Below are positions 23,640-36,255 of a DNA stretch of 64,000 bases, in pieces; position 1 is the stretch's first letter, and the number at the start of each line of letters is the position of its first letter. Where the stretch lies: assembly GCA_964016885.1 (NCBI GenBank), contig OZ024756.1:10726001-10790000 (forward strand), written 5' to 3'. The stretch comes from Eledone cirrhosa. Its lineage: Eukaryota. The translations under genes and the position numbers were made by a program. Below the pieces are notes generated by a model. That model was not told where the DNA came from and did not search any database. It worked only from the letters and a program-made list of their open reading frames with translations.

Positions 23640-24050
23640 AGGTGATGGGTTTGCGGAATCAATACATTGGATAAAATGTATTAAATTTAGTTTAAATTTA
23701 GCTTAAATCCCGCTGGGATCAACTTTACTTTTTACACTTCTGAGGTGAATAAAATATAATTGTTTCTACTTTAGGCACAAGGCCAGCAATTACCCAGTAC
23801 ATTACTGGTACTTTATTTTATCGACCCTGTAAGGATGAAAGGCAAAGTTAACCTCGGCGGGATTTGAACTCAGACTGTAAAGGGACGTAACTATGCTAGA
23901 AAGCATGGCGTCCAACCCTCTACTGATACTGCCAAATAAAACATAATATCAGTTGAGTACTGATGTTAATAAAACAACAGTCATGTACTGGGGTTAATTT
24001 CATTGACTAACACAGTCCACCAAACTTGTGGCCTTGTGCCTTTGTAAACA
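23640..24050 (+). mobile_element. Old SINE of the family A type, split by a younger antisense copy
   Basis: 'aaatcccgctgggatcaactttactttt..ctgaggtgaataaaat' then 'gtactggggttaat..tggccttgtgcct'. Confidence 0.6.
23757..23934 (-). mobile_element. SINE family A with 13-bp TSD
   Basis: TSD aataaaa(t/c)ataat at 23748-23760 and 23935-23947. Confidence 0.88.
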
Positions 24051-24054
24051 TTTG

Positions 24055-24825
24055 GTGTTGTTGTTGTTATTGTTATTGTTGTTGTTGTTATTGTTCTTGG
24101 AGTCTCAGTCATTGATGTTATTTAACTGGAAAGTTTGTTCAAATGAACATCAAGCCACTACCTGCAGCCTCAGATATTCAGGAGGTATCGAAGGGTTCTT
24201 GCTATTCCCAGCAAGCATGCCTTTTGAAGTGTTCCAAAAAAAAAGGGGGCTGGACTAATGTTCTTTAACCATCCCTGAAAACTCTTTGAGATAGTACCTA
24301 GTGCTCCTATGACAATTGGGATGACCTTGATTTCATGACAGTCCCAAATCCTTTTTAGTTCCCACTTTAAATCCTGATATTGGTTAATTTTCTCCTTTTC
24401 CATTTCTTGCACTCTTGTGTCAAAGGGGCAGGCTACATCTACAATCAGGCACGATCGTTTTACCAGGGCAGGCCTATTGTGTTCTAATTTCTTGTCTGTC
24501 TGTATCCTGAAATCCCATAGCACCTTCACCTGATCGTTTTCTATCACCGACTCTGGCTTATGCACTTCTCAGAATGTGGTAAATTATTTAGTTTGCATAA
24601 ATACCAGTGAATCACCTTTCCTATTATATCATGCCTCCATCCTTTATAGTGAGTCTGGGCTAGGTGTTTACACTCGGATACAATGTGAGCCCCAGTTTCC
24701 CCTCTCTCTCTCTCTCTCCTCAGATCCTACAGAGTGAGCTAGCCTCCTCCTTGTCAATATGGTGTTTCACCCACTTCGTTCTGAGGGCTTGCTCTGATGC
24801 AGCCATTAGCATTCCTTCTGTAGCA
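24055..24825 (-). pseudogene. R4/Dong-like LINE C-terminus (CCHC knuckle plus restriction-like endonuclease)
   Basis: 'HIVSEC..LAQ..YK..RHD' and 'VLWDFRIQTDKKLEHNRP..IVDVACPFD..EK..Y.DL..IPIVIGALG'; (AAC/AAT)n tail. Confidence 0.85.
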
Positions 24826-24974
24826 TAATTATTATTATTATTTTTATTGTTTTTCCTTTTCCTTCAGTATTGTTTCTGATATATGCCAAGTGTCTTTCTG
24901 ACACCTAGGGCAATAAACCCACTGTATACATTGGTAAGCCAGTCAACACACCATATAGAAGATAATTTACAGCT

Positions 24975-25134
24975 TATCATTCTTACAGAGGGATATCATT
25001 CTTACAGATATAGTGCTTTACTCACACATATCTACACAAGGGGTGATATCATTCTCACAGAGATAGTGCTCTTCTCACACACACACATCCACACAATGGG
25101 GTGGGGGTATCATTCTTACAGAGATAGTGCTCTA

Positions 25135-25167
<33 letters not shown>

Positions 25168-25205
25168 GGAGGGATATCATTCTTACAGAGATAATGCTCT
25201 TCTCA
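24975..25205. repeat. Short tandem duplications of the stop-codon region of the adjacent LINE
   Basis: 'tatcattcttacagagatagtgctct.ctca' occurs 4-5 times, separated by variable (CA)n. Confidence 0.8.
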
Positions 25206-26260
25206 ATACATGTGCAGTACCAGTCAAAACAATCTTTTGCACCTCGTGCAGAGAGGGTAAACGAGGAATCATTCACAAATACTGTTCTGTTCCATTCTTG
25301 ATCATTCCCAGTCCTCCCACAATCACTGGTATTGTAACGGCCTTGAGGTACCACATTTTCTCAATTTCAATAAGCAGATCTTTATATTTTCGTAGCTTGT
25401 CAAATTCTTTTGCCGCGATATTGTAATCACATGGGATGCTCATATCAATCAGTAAACAGACATTGTTATGTTGGTCTTTTACAATGATATCTGGTCTATT
25501 AGCTTTTATGGTCCTGTCAGTATGTACAGGAAAGTCCCAAAGAATTGTTACTTTTTCTCCTTCAGTTACAGCCTCGGGGTGATGATTGTACCACTTATCA
25601 GCAGCTTTGATTTTATAATGTCAACATATTACCCAGTGTATAATTGGCCAACTCTGTCATGTCTATATTTGTACTCTACTGGGGCTAAAACTTTACATCC
25701 AGAAACTAGGTGGTCAACTGTTTCAACCTCAGCATTGTAGAATCGGCACTTTGGATTTACTCCATTTCTCATCACATTGGTCTGGTAATTCTGAGTCAGT
25801 AAGATTTGATCTTGGGCAGCTAAGATGAAGCCTTCGCTCTCTGCTTTTAGCTCTGAGTTACGTTGCCACTGATGGGTGTGCTTTTGGTCAACATCAACTT
25901 GTTTGCTATGGGCCACATATTTGCCATGCAGAGGTTTCTGCTCCCACTTTGATGCTAATTGCTCTTGCCCTTTTGCTTTTGCCATTAATACTATGTGCTT
26001 AGCAGCAGCAATTGCAACAGTTTCCTCAGTCTGTCCAACCTGAGGATCAAGCATGAGATCAAAAGCATATTTTTTGCTCTCCTTCAAGATAGAATGAAGC
26101 TTCTTACTTCTCTCATGTTTTTCAACAAGTTTCAGCATTCAGTCGTTTGTTGTCTCAAGGTATTTGGCCAGTCCAATAGTGGTGGTCTTGTAGGTAAGTT
26201 CAAATTGGATCAGGCCACGGCCTCCTTGAGTTCTAGGAAGCAAAATTCTTTGTGATCCCC
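25185..26260 (-). pseudogene. Second R4/Dong-like LINE relic
   Basis: 'WEQKPLHGKY..ESEGFILAAQDQ..CRF..ETVDHLVSGC..RHD' and 'ILWDFPVHTDRTIKANRPDI..TAHVLRRALSL*', with frameshifts. Confidence 0.88.
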
Positions 26261-26859
26261 CTTAAGGTACCGTCAAAACTACTGTTAAAAACTTCATAAT
26301 CTTCTTTTCCTTCTACGTATCAAATAGACAAGCTGGATTTATCAACTGACATGTTTGGTTGTTCCTGACACTAACTCTTTTAGTCACTTCACACAGGGAT
26401 ACAGTTTACCTATTTTAACCTCATAGTAATGTTTGTTATATCAGTAATGGCCTTCAGACTAAATCAGAAACTATTATTATATTAATATAATAAATCCATC
26501 AAATTTCACCAAATTCTTTTTTATTTTTCTTGCCTTTATAATTTTTGTTCAATAAATTTATGTTATTGTGCTATCATACACAGTTTCAACATTATATTTG
26601 TAATGTCCTTCTCAACGAATTGCAATTTATAATGTTATTTATGTATATTTTTAAAACATACTTGCAATATTATTCTACTGTAAATGTATACAATTATAAT
26701 AAAGATAAATAACTCTGATTAATGTTGAGGCCATTGTTATCTAACATTGGAACATTTTCAGTATTTTAAGCAGCATTTGAGGTACATTTAACTACCGTTT
26801 CTTGCAGGTTAAATGATTGTGTAGAGACTTCTTTCCTTGCTCATTCATATATGAAGTGT

Positions 26860-27150
26860 CTAATGGTGTATGTACCAGCTCACTATGTAACATGGATACT
26901 TAACAGACATCTATTATACATGCTGTATACTATTCAGACCTAATGCAGACAAACTGAGAAGGGAGTGTGTTTAAAATAGCAGTTAAATGTCCTTCAAATG
27001 ACACATACTGCCTTAAAAATGAGACGGGTTCATTTGATAATGTAGTCCTAGATGTCTCTAAAAATATGTATGGTCAGAGTTGGGATGGAATGCCTTTAAC
27101 TATAGGACTTGATCTGAGCTGATCTTGGTTCTAAACAACAATAATAACAA
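26860..27150 (+). mobile_element. Decayed SINE-like element whose 3' tail seeds the following array
   Basis: 'tagcagttaaatgtccttcaaatg..ggaatgcctttaactatagg..ctaaacaacaata'; an inverted relative lies at about 26720-26830. Confidence 0.55.
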
Positions 27151-28450
27151 TACCTTTGACTATAGGACTACTTGATCTGAGCTGATCTTGAGTCTAAACA
27201 ACAATAATACCTTTGACCATAGGACTTGATCTGAGCTGATCTTGGTTCTAAACAACAATAATAACAATACCTTTGACTATAGGACTACTTGATCTGAGCT
27301 GATCTTGAGTCTAAACAACAATAATACCTTTGACCATAGGACTTGATCTGAGCTGATCTTGGTTCTAAACAACAATAATAACAATACCTTTGACTATATG
27401 ACTACTTGATCTGAGCTGATCTTGGTTCTAAACAACAATAATAACAATACCTTTGACTATAGGACTACTTGATCTGAGCTGATCTTTAGTCTAAACAACA
27501 ATAATACCTTTGACCATAGGACTTGATCTGAGCTGATCTTGGTTCTAAACAACAATAATAACAATACCTTTGACTATATGACTACTTGATCTGAGCTGAT
27601 CTTGGTTCTAAACAACAATAATAACAATACCTTTGACTATAGGACTACTTGATCTGAGCTGATCTTGAGTCTAAACAACAATAATACCTTTGACCATAGG
27701 ACTTGATCTGAGCTGATCTTGGTTCTAAACAACAATAATAACAATACCTTTGACTATAGGACTACTTGATCTGAGCTGATCTTTAGTCTAAACAACAATA
27801 ATACCTTTGACCATAGGACTTGATCTGAGCTGATCTTGGTTCTAAACAACAATAATAACAATACCTTTGACTATAGGACTACTTGATCTGAGCTGATCTT
27901 TAGTCTAAACAACAATAATACCTTTGACCATAGGACTTGATCTGAGCTGATCTTGGTTCTAAACAACAATAATAACAATACCTTTGACTATAGGACTACT
28001 TGATCTGAGCTGATCTTTAGTCTAAACAACAATAATACCTTTGACCATAGGACTTGATCTGAGCTGATCTTGGTTCTAAACAACAATAATAACAATACCT
28101 TTGACTATAGGACTACTTGATCTGAGCTGATCTTGGTTCTAAACAACAATAATAACAATACCTTTGACTATAGGACTACTTGATCTGAGCTGATCTTGAG
28201 TCTAAACAACAATAATACCTTTGACCATAGGACTTGATCTGAGCTGATCTTGGTTCTAAACAACAATAATAACAATACCTTTGACTATAGGACTACTTGA
28301 TCTGAGCTGATCTTGAGTCTAAACAACAATAATACCTTTGACCATAGGACTTGATCTGAGCTTATCTTGGTTCTAAAAAACAATAATAACAATGCCTTTG
28401 ACTATAGGACTACTTGATCTGAACTGATCTTGAGTCTAAACAACAACCTT
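27090..28450. repeat. 57/60-bp dimeric (117-bp) minisatellite
   Basis: 'tacctttgactatagg' at 27151 and 27268; degenerate monomers run to about 28625 and end in (CAA)n. Confidence 0.95.
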
Positions 28451-29279
28451 TAATCATAGATCAGCTGGATCAGCATTGATCTAAGGTTAAAGAAAGCAAC
28501 ATGATCCTTGATCATAGGAACTGCTTGATCTGTGGTTAAAAAAAAATCGAACAGCAACTTTGATCATAGCTCTGCTCACTCAAAGTTGAGCTGGATCTAA
28601 ACAACAGCAACAACAACAACAACAAAATACAGACTTTTTCTCTATAAGATTACATAGCAATGCTTTAACTTATATAAGATTCTCTTAAATGCAACTAAAT
28701 AAAAAAAAATACCTATAAAACATAATGTAAACGAGGAAAAGAAGAATTAGGGAAAAAAACAAAAGAAAAAAACAAGCAAACAAACAAAAAAAAAATGGAA
28801 GGAACACAGCAAATGTGCATAAAAATTGGTTTCCATCGGTTCATTCACAGTTAATTTGGAAAACAGCACATTTTTGTCACAGCAAAATAAGATATAAGTC
28901 ATTTTAGCAAAGACCAACAAAAGTGGTATAGAAGCATTAATTTATCTCAGCAGCAACTGGCAAAGATGGAGGAATTAGAACAAGTTTATTGAGTAAAAGC
29001 GGATTATTAAGTGGCTTAAGTTATACCCATAAAATTATTTTTTGCTGTTATCCATTTTGGCCATTTTACTTTTGTTTTCTGCCCCCCCCCCCCCCACCCA
29101 GACCCCCCCCCCCCTCCCCCTCTCATCTCTTAACGTTTCTCTTCTTCTATAATATGTTTATTCCACATCAGCTTTTTTTCTATAATTCAGTTTCCTCTTT
29201 TCTAGAAATATAGTAACTACTAATGTAGTATTGTTATCTCTGTCGATAAACTGACTGGCTTAACATGGCTTCTTGCACG

Positions 29280-29650
29280 AACACATATATACACACATAT
29301 ATATATATATACACATAAATATACATATATATACTCATATATACACACATATATACACACATACACACATGTACACACACATACACACATATACACACAT
29401 ATACATATTTTAGCTGATATCCATAAATGTACATTATATCTGCATGTGAGTATATGGATGTGTGTGTATGTGTGTGTGTGTATGATGTATGTGTGTGTAT
29501 GATGTATGTGAGTATATGAATGTGTGTGTATGATATATGTGTGTGTATGATGTATGTGTGTGTATGATGTAGTTGAGTATATGGATGTGTGTGTGTATGT
29601 GTGTGTGTGTCTGTGTGTGTGTATGTGTGTGCCTGTGTGTGTATGCACAA
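29280..29650. repeat. Degenerate (CA)/(TA)/(TG) microsatellite
   Basis: Directly visible. Confidence 0.9.
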
Positions 29651-29937
29651 GTTGTGTGTTTCTGCCTATATGTGTACTTGTATTCAGACATAGATCAGAG
29701 GTTGAGAAATTTTCTTTGCAGCCCTGATGTCTTTGGTTCTCTACCAATGTGCGACATCTTAGGTAAATATCTTTTACTACACCCTTCACTTAAGGCCCCT
29801 ACTTAATTAAGCATCAATGGATATGAACCAGTAATTAGAGGTATAATTAAAACAGCCCAACATAACACCTTTCATCAGATTTCGACCAGTGATGATCTTT
29901 TAATAAAACAGGTTTCATTTCCTTTTCTATTTGGCAA

Positions 29938-30942
29938 ATCTGAAATACTCCCTCAATCCTGAAATACTCCCTCAATCCTGAAATACTCCCCCAATCCTGA
30001 AATACTTCCGCAATCCTGAAATACTCTCTCAGTCCTAAAATACTCTGCCAATCCTGAAATACTCCCCCAGTCCTGTAATACTCCCCAATCCTGAAATACT
30101 CTCTGTCCTGAAATACTCCCTCAATCCTGAAATACTCCCCCAATCATGAAATACTTCCGCAATCCTGAAATACTCTCTCAGTCCTAAAATACTCTGCCAA
30201 TCCTGAAATACTCCCCCAGTCCTGTAATACTCCCCAATCCTGAAATACTCTCTGTCCTGAAATACTCCCCCAATCCTGTAAGACTCCCTCAATCCTGTAA
30301 TACTCCCCCAGTCCTGCAATACTCCCTCAATCCTGAAATACTCCCCTAATCCTGAAATACTCCCCCAATCCTGAAATACTCTCTCAGTCCTAAAATACTC
30401 TGCCAATCCTGAAATACTCCCTCAATCCTGTAATACTCCCCCAGTCCTGAAATACTCCCTCAATTCTGTAATACTCCCCCAGTCCTGAAATACTCCCTCA
30501 ATCCTGAAATACTCCTCCAATCCTGAAATACTCCCTCAATCCTGAAATACTCCCTCAATCCTGAAATACTCCCCCAGTCCTGAAATACTCCCTCAATCCT
30601 GAAATACTCCCCTAGTCCTAAAATACTCCCCCAGTCCTGAAATACTCCTCCAGTCATGAAATACTCCCTCAATCCTGAAATACTCCTCCAGTCATGAAAT
30701 ACTCCCTCAATCCTGAAATACTCCCCCAGTCCTGAAATACTCCCCCAGTCCTGAAATACTCCCTCAATCCTGAAATACTCCCCAGTCCTAAAATACTCCC
30801 CCAGTCCTAAAATACTCCCCCAGTCCAGAAATACTCCCCCAGTCCTGAAATACTCCCCCAGTCCTAAAATACTCCCTCAATCCAGAAATACTCCCCCAGT
30901 CCTGAAATACTCCCCCAGTCCTGAAATACTCCCCCAGTACTA
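29938..30942. repeat. 19-bp minisatellite (tcctgaaatactccctcaa)
   Basis: 19-aa (57-bp) period in the ORF track; a variant block recurs about 149 bp apart (30001 and 30150). Confidence 0.95.
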
Positions 30943-31039
30943 AAAAAAGGCTGAGAATGAATCATACAAATTAAGAGGATAAAATTAGTTTTTCACTGGA
31001 AAACAGTACAAAACCATAATTACATATTTGACTTTGCAA

Positions 31040-31240
31040 TATCATCATCATCATCATTACGTCTGTTCTTCCACACTTGCATGGGTTGGACAGGTCTTTT
31101 TCAGTTCTCCCTCAGTTTATCGAAGCTCTGTCTCTTTCTCTCATTTATATTGCACATCCAACGAAGCATGACGGCTTCATTTCTCTCCACTCAACACATC
31201 ACCCCTGCAGTCACAGCCCATGTTTCTCTACCATGTAGCA
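31040..31240 (-). pseudogene. RTE LINE fragment with (GAT)n tail
   Basis: 'LHGRETWAVTAG..VERNEAVMLRWMCNI', homologous to 19730-19820 and 42380-42470. Confidence 0.8.
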
Positions 31241-32853
31241 CCACATGCCTTCTGCAGTCACAGCCCATGTTTCACTACCATGTAGCACCACATGTCCTCT
31301 GCAGTCACTGCCCATGTTTCACTACCATGTAGCACCACATGTCCTCTGCAGTCACTGCCCATGTTTCACTACCATGTAGCACCACATGTCCTCTGCAGTC
31401 ACTGCCCATGTTTCACTAATATGTAGCACCACATGTCCTCTGCAGTCACAGCCCATGTTTCCCTACCATGTAGCACCACATGTCTTCTGCAGTCACTGCC
31501 CATGTTTCAATACCATGTAGCACCACATGTCCTCTGCAGTCACTGCCCATGTTTCAATACCATGTAGCACCACATGTCCTCTGCAGTCACTGCCCATGTT
31601 TCACTAACATGTACCACCACATGCCCTCTGCAGTCACAACCCATGTTTCACTACCATGTAGCACCACATGTCCTCTGCAGTCACTGCCCATGTTTCACTA
31701 ACATGTACCACTACATGTCTTCTGCAGTCACAGCCCATGTTTCACTACCATGTAGCACCACATGTCCTCTGCAGTCACTGCCCATGTTTCAATATCATGT
31801 AGCACCACATGTCCTCTGCAGTCACTGCCCATGTTTCACTACCATGTAGCACCACATGTCCCCTGCAATCACAGCCCATGTTTCACTACCATGTAGCACC
31901 ACATGTCCTCTGCAGTCACTGCCCATGTTTCACTAATATGTAGCACCACATGTCCTCTGCAGTCACTGCCCATGTTTCAATACCATGTAGCACCACATGT
32001 CCTCTGCAGTCACAGCCCATGTTTCACTACCATGTAGCACCACATGTCCTCTGCAGTCACTTCCCATGTTTCAATACCATGTACCACCACATGTCCTCTG
32101 CAGTCACTGCCCATGTTTCACTAACATGTACCACCACATGCCCTATGCAGTCACAACCCATGTTTCACTACCATGTAGCACCACATGTCCTCTGCAGTCA
32201 CTGCCCATGTTTCACTAACATGTACCACCACATGTCTTCTGCAGTCACAGCCCATGTTTCACTACCATGTAGCACCACGTGTCCTCTGCAGTCACTGCCC
32301 ATGTTTCAATACCATGTACCACCACATGTCTTCTGCAGTCACTGCCCATGTTTCACTAACATGTACCACCACATGTCTTCTGCAGTCACAGCCCATGTTT
32401 CACTACCATGTAGCACCACATGTCCTCTGCAGTCACTGCTCATATTTCACTACCATGTAGCACCACATGTCCTCTGCAGTCACTGCCCATGTTTCACTAC
32501 CATGTAGCACCACATGTCCTCTGCAGTCACTGCCCATGTTTCACTACCATGTAGCACCACATGTCCTCTGCAGTCACTGCCCATGTTTCACTAATATGTA
32601 GCACCACATGTCCTCTGCAGTCACAGCCCATGTTTCACTACCATGTAGCACCACATGTCTTCTGCAGTCACTGCCCATGTTTCAATACCATGTAGCACCA
32701 CATGTCCTCTGCAGTCACTGCCCATGTTTCAATACCATGTAGCACCACATGTCCTCTGCAGTCACTGCCCATGTTTCAATACCATGTACCACCACATGTC
32801 CTCTGCAGTCACTGTCCATGTTTCACTACCATGTAGCACCACATGTCCTCTGC
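31203..32853. repeat. 47-bp minisatellite derived from RTE RT coding sequence, about 35 copies
   Basis: The minus-strand monomer reads VLHGSETWAVTAEDM, matching the LHGSETWALCAEDI segment of the RT ORF. Confidence 0.93.
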
Positions 32854-33289
32854 ATTTATTTTAATATTCATTATTGCCTGGCCCCGTCAAAAGTGACGGT
32901 TAATTGTAATATCTATACATAATATAAAAAAGAGATGTTTGTTTGTTGTTTGGTTCCTTCGTACTTACTCACACAAGTCATACAAACACACAAACACACA
33001 GTCAATGTGTGTAGCCAAATCACAACACATACACACACAGGTGACAAATCTTAGAACGTTGGACTTTTATAGTTTCACAGCCCGCTCCTTCCTCAGTCAT
33101 CACATAGATGTGTGTGTAGGTAATAATTACTTTTTCTAAGTGTGTCTGTTTATATATATATGTATGTGTAGATGTGTGTGTGTGTGTTTGTAATTCTATT
33201 GTCTATGTATCTTTCTAAATAAACACACACAAACATATATACACTCACACAAATATTATAAATATAATTTACACAAACACACACATATC

Positions 33290-33480
33290 TATCTATCTAA
33301 GGCGGGTAAAATTCCCGAGATCCATGGACGAGTTCTCTCCAGCGGTCTCTGTCCCTCATTATCGCTGCCATGTCCTGCGTCTCCAACAGACCAGTGTCTG
33401 TCCTTAGGGCATCAACATACGTTAACCTTGGTCTTCCACTTCTAGTGTGTCCATGTAGGGGCTCCCAAAGGAGCACTGAG
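33290..33480 (-). pseudogene. RTE LINE extreme 3' end
   Basis: 'LLWEPLHGHTRSGRPRLTYVDALRTDTGL..MRDRDRWRELV*'; (TAGA)n tail. Confidence 0.8.
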
Positions 33481-33599
33481 TGCAATGTCAACGCACACAT
33501 ATGCACACACACAAACACACACATAATCATAACAGCCAATGTGTGTATCCAATTCGCTTTATATAGACACACAGATGTAGCAAACGTTAGACGCTGCCA

Positions 33600-34115
33600 C
33601 CCCTTCGACTCCTCAGTCTATGTCATCACCCCTTCCTTCCTAAGTCGACGTTAGCCCTCCCCCCCCCCATCCTTCCTCAGTCAACGTAATCACCCCTTCC
33701 TTCCTCGGTCGACGTTATCACCCCTTCCTTCCTTCCTCAGTCGACGTAATCACCCCTTCCTTCCTCAGTCGACGTTATCACCCTTCCTTCCTCAGTCGAC
33801 GTTATCACCCTTCCTTCCTCAGTCGACGTTATCACCCTTCCTTCCTTAGTCGACGTTATCACCCCTTCCTTCCTCAGTCGACGTAATCACCCCCTCCTTT
33901 CTCAGTCGACGTTACCCCCCCCCCCCTTCCTTCCTCAGTCGACGTAATCACCCCTCCTTTCTCAGTCGACGTTATCACCCCTTCCTTCCTCAGCCGACGT
34001 TACCCCCACCTTCCTTCCTCAGTCGACATAATCACCCCCTCCTTCCTCAGTCGACATAATCACCCCTTCCTTCCTCAGTCGACGCTATCACCCCTTCCTT
34101 CCTCAGTCGACGTCC
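33600..34115. repeat. 27-28-bp CpG-rich minisatellite (tcagtcgacgttatcaccccttccttcc)
   Basis: GTCGAC in nearly every unit. Confidence 0.92.
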
Positions 34116-34139
34116 TTAAGAACCAGTTTTTAAGTCTTT

Positions 34140-34405
34140 TTATCAAAAATCTCGGCATTCTCCTTTATGGATGTGAGGATGAGTATATCATCCACATATC
34201 TAGTGAAGAAAGTGCTGCTGTTGCAGGAACTGAGTACTCAGCGTTCTAGTCTGTTGATATATGAAATGGCCAGTAAACCCGAGAGGCTGGATCCCATGGG
34301 TAGTCCAGGAGTCTGTTGATGGGTTTGTCCCAGGAAATTGAAAAAGGCGTTGCTTACAATGACGGATAGGAGCTGGTGGATGTCGGTGGCAGTGGGGCCG
34401 AAACT
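34140..34405 (-). pseudogene. Penelope-like reverse transcriptase core fragment
   Basis: Frame absent from the ORF track: 'NAFFNFLGQTHQQTPGLPMGSSLSGLLAISYINRLER*..FFTRYVDDILIL' (PLE motifs B' and C, one stop). Confidence 0.88.
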
Positions 34406-34548
34406 GACACATTTTTATATATAATAAAAATTTAGAAGGAGCAAGGAACTGTGTGGTTACTTGATAAAGTGTATTTAGAAATAAAAGGAAAGCACAAACA
34501 AGGGACAGGTCTCCTTTTCAGTTGTCTGCTGGATATATATATATATAT

Positions 34549-34891
34549 CATTTCATCATCATTTCATTTTACGTTCGCTTTTTCCCTGCTTGCAAGGGTG
34601 AGACGGGAACTGATTCTGGCTTGATTTCTACAGCTGGATGCCCTTCCTAACACCAACCTCATTTACAGTGAGTGCTGGGTGCTTTTTTGCCATGGCACCT
34701 CCACGACCAGGCATGAGTGGAATGATAGGGACCCCAGTCCCTATCATCTCATTTCTACAGCTGAGTAAACTGGAGCAATGCGAAATAAAGTGTCTTGCTC
34801 AAGGAAACAACACATCACCTGGTCTGAGAATTGAACTCAACAACCTTTCGATTGCAAGGCCAATGCTCTAACCACTAAGCCATGTGCCTCC

Positions 34892-34892
<1 letters not shown>
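34549..34892 (-). mobile_element. SINE family B, full length
   Basis: Same structure as 919-1257. Confidence 0.9.
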
Positions 34893-34972
<80 letters not shown>

Positions 34973-35010
34973 ATATTAATAAATGGAAACTATATTTATA
35001 AAACCATATT

Positions 35011-35076
35011 TATTTTATTATATATATTTCAAGGGCAACCAAGGCAAATTATGGTGCGCTTTCATCAGATAAAATA
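35011..35076 (-). ncRNA. Type I hammerhead ribozyme motif (family P1)
   Basis: TATTTTAT-CTGATGA-AAGcGCACC..GGTTGCcCTT-GAAA-TATATA-TA-ATAAAATA; a truncated + strand copy lies at 5737-5792. Confidence 0.8.
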
Positions 35077-35334
35077 CAGATTTGTTTTATAAATAAATAT
35101 TGACATACCTGGAAATCCCAACAAATTAAATATAACCTCTGCATATATATATATATACATATATATTTATTAAAATAACAGATTAAAGTTTCCCGTTAAG
35201 GGTGAAAGCAGCGATAACTTTAATCTGTTATTTTAATAAATATTTGCGCTATGGTTCTTATTTATTTGATATATATTTATCCTTATCGAGCCCTCTTTGG
35301 ATTTTAGTCTTCACATTTATTATTATTACCATCA

Positions 35335-35570
35335 TCATCATCATCATCTTATGTCCGTTCTTCCATGCTAGCATGGGTTAGACGGGTTGTCTTGTTGTGG
35401 GCAGTGTCCGGTCGGCTGACCATGTCTTGCTCATACGGGAACTGATTCTGGCTTGATTTCTACAGCTGGATGCCCTTCCTAACACCGACCTCATTTACAG
35501 TGAGTGCTGGGTGCTTTTTTCCGTGACGCCTTCACGTCCACTTTAGAGTGTGGGCTGGGTGCTTTTTTTG
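35335..35570 (-). mobile_element. RTE-tail SINE fragment related to family B
   Basis: 'gggaactgattctggcttgatttctacagctggatgcccttcc' with a different extreme 3' end. Confidence 0.75.
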
Positions 35571-35974
35571 CAGTGGGAGGGTGTGGGAGCATACCATATA
35601 TAAATAAATATATATATATAAACACACACACACACATCTACACATATGTAGCAACTGACCACAAATGAGGGGAAAAGCTATGCGTGTGTCTGTCTGTGAA
35701 TGTATGTCTGGGTGTGTCTGTCTTAGTATACGTATATGAGCATGTATGTGTGTGAGTGTGTGGCAACAATTTCTTCATTTGGACACCAATAAAAAATTAC
35801 ACCATGAAAATTGTTTATCCTAAGATGCTTCAAGATTGACAGATTTTCATTTCTAAATATTCTATTATCATTACAATTTTGATATTTTTAAAAATAAAAT
35901 ATAGATATTTTACAATAATTATGAGAAAAAAACAAAACATATCTTCAAATTTATTGTTTACTAATCTGAATAAG

Positions 35975-36014
35975 AACAGCACTAACCTGGGCAACGCCAG
36001 GTAATTGAGCTAAT
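35975..36014 (+). mobile_element. Possible Helitron-type 3' terminus
   Basis: Hairpin acctgg(g)caacgccaggt about 8 nt before CTA(A); canonical CTAG is not intact. Confidence 0.35.
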
Positions 36015-36173
36015 ATATATATATATATATATATATATAGAAGTGGTTACACAACAGTTAGTTCCCCATACCAAGAACAATTGTTTCACCTTAGTGGATC
36101 CTCAGCTCGTAATCTAACTCGTCCCATGGACTGAGTGCTCTACCACTATGGATATTACCTTCCAGTGTTCTAC

Positions 36174-36255
<82 letters not shown>

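Noticed and set aside
29722-29762. Possible 41-nt exon (ttttctttgcag ... ag/gtaaat)
   Set aside because: Splice-like signals only; no recognisable peptide or partner exons. It needs RNA-seq.
27090-32853. CRISPR-like regular repeats
   Set aside because: Head-to-tail units with no unique spacers, no cas genes, eukaryotic context.
32883-32960. Helitron-like hairpin (ccgtca-aaag-tgacgg) and 5'-end-like motif
   Set aside because: No CTRR terminus at the expected distance and no second copy in the window.
34115-34185. Plus-strand 'ILLYGCE' RTE-like peptide
   Set aside because: The opposite strand gives a much longer coherent Penelope RT match (GLPMGS..RYVDD).
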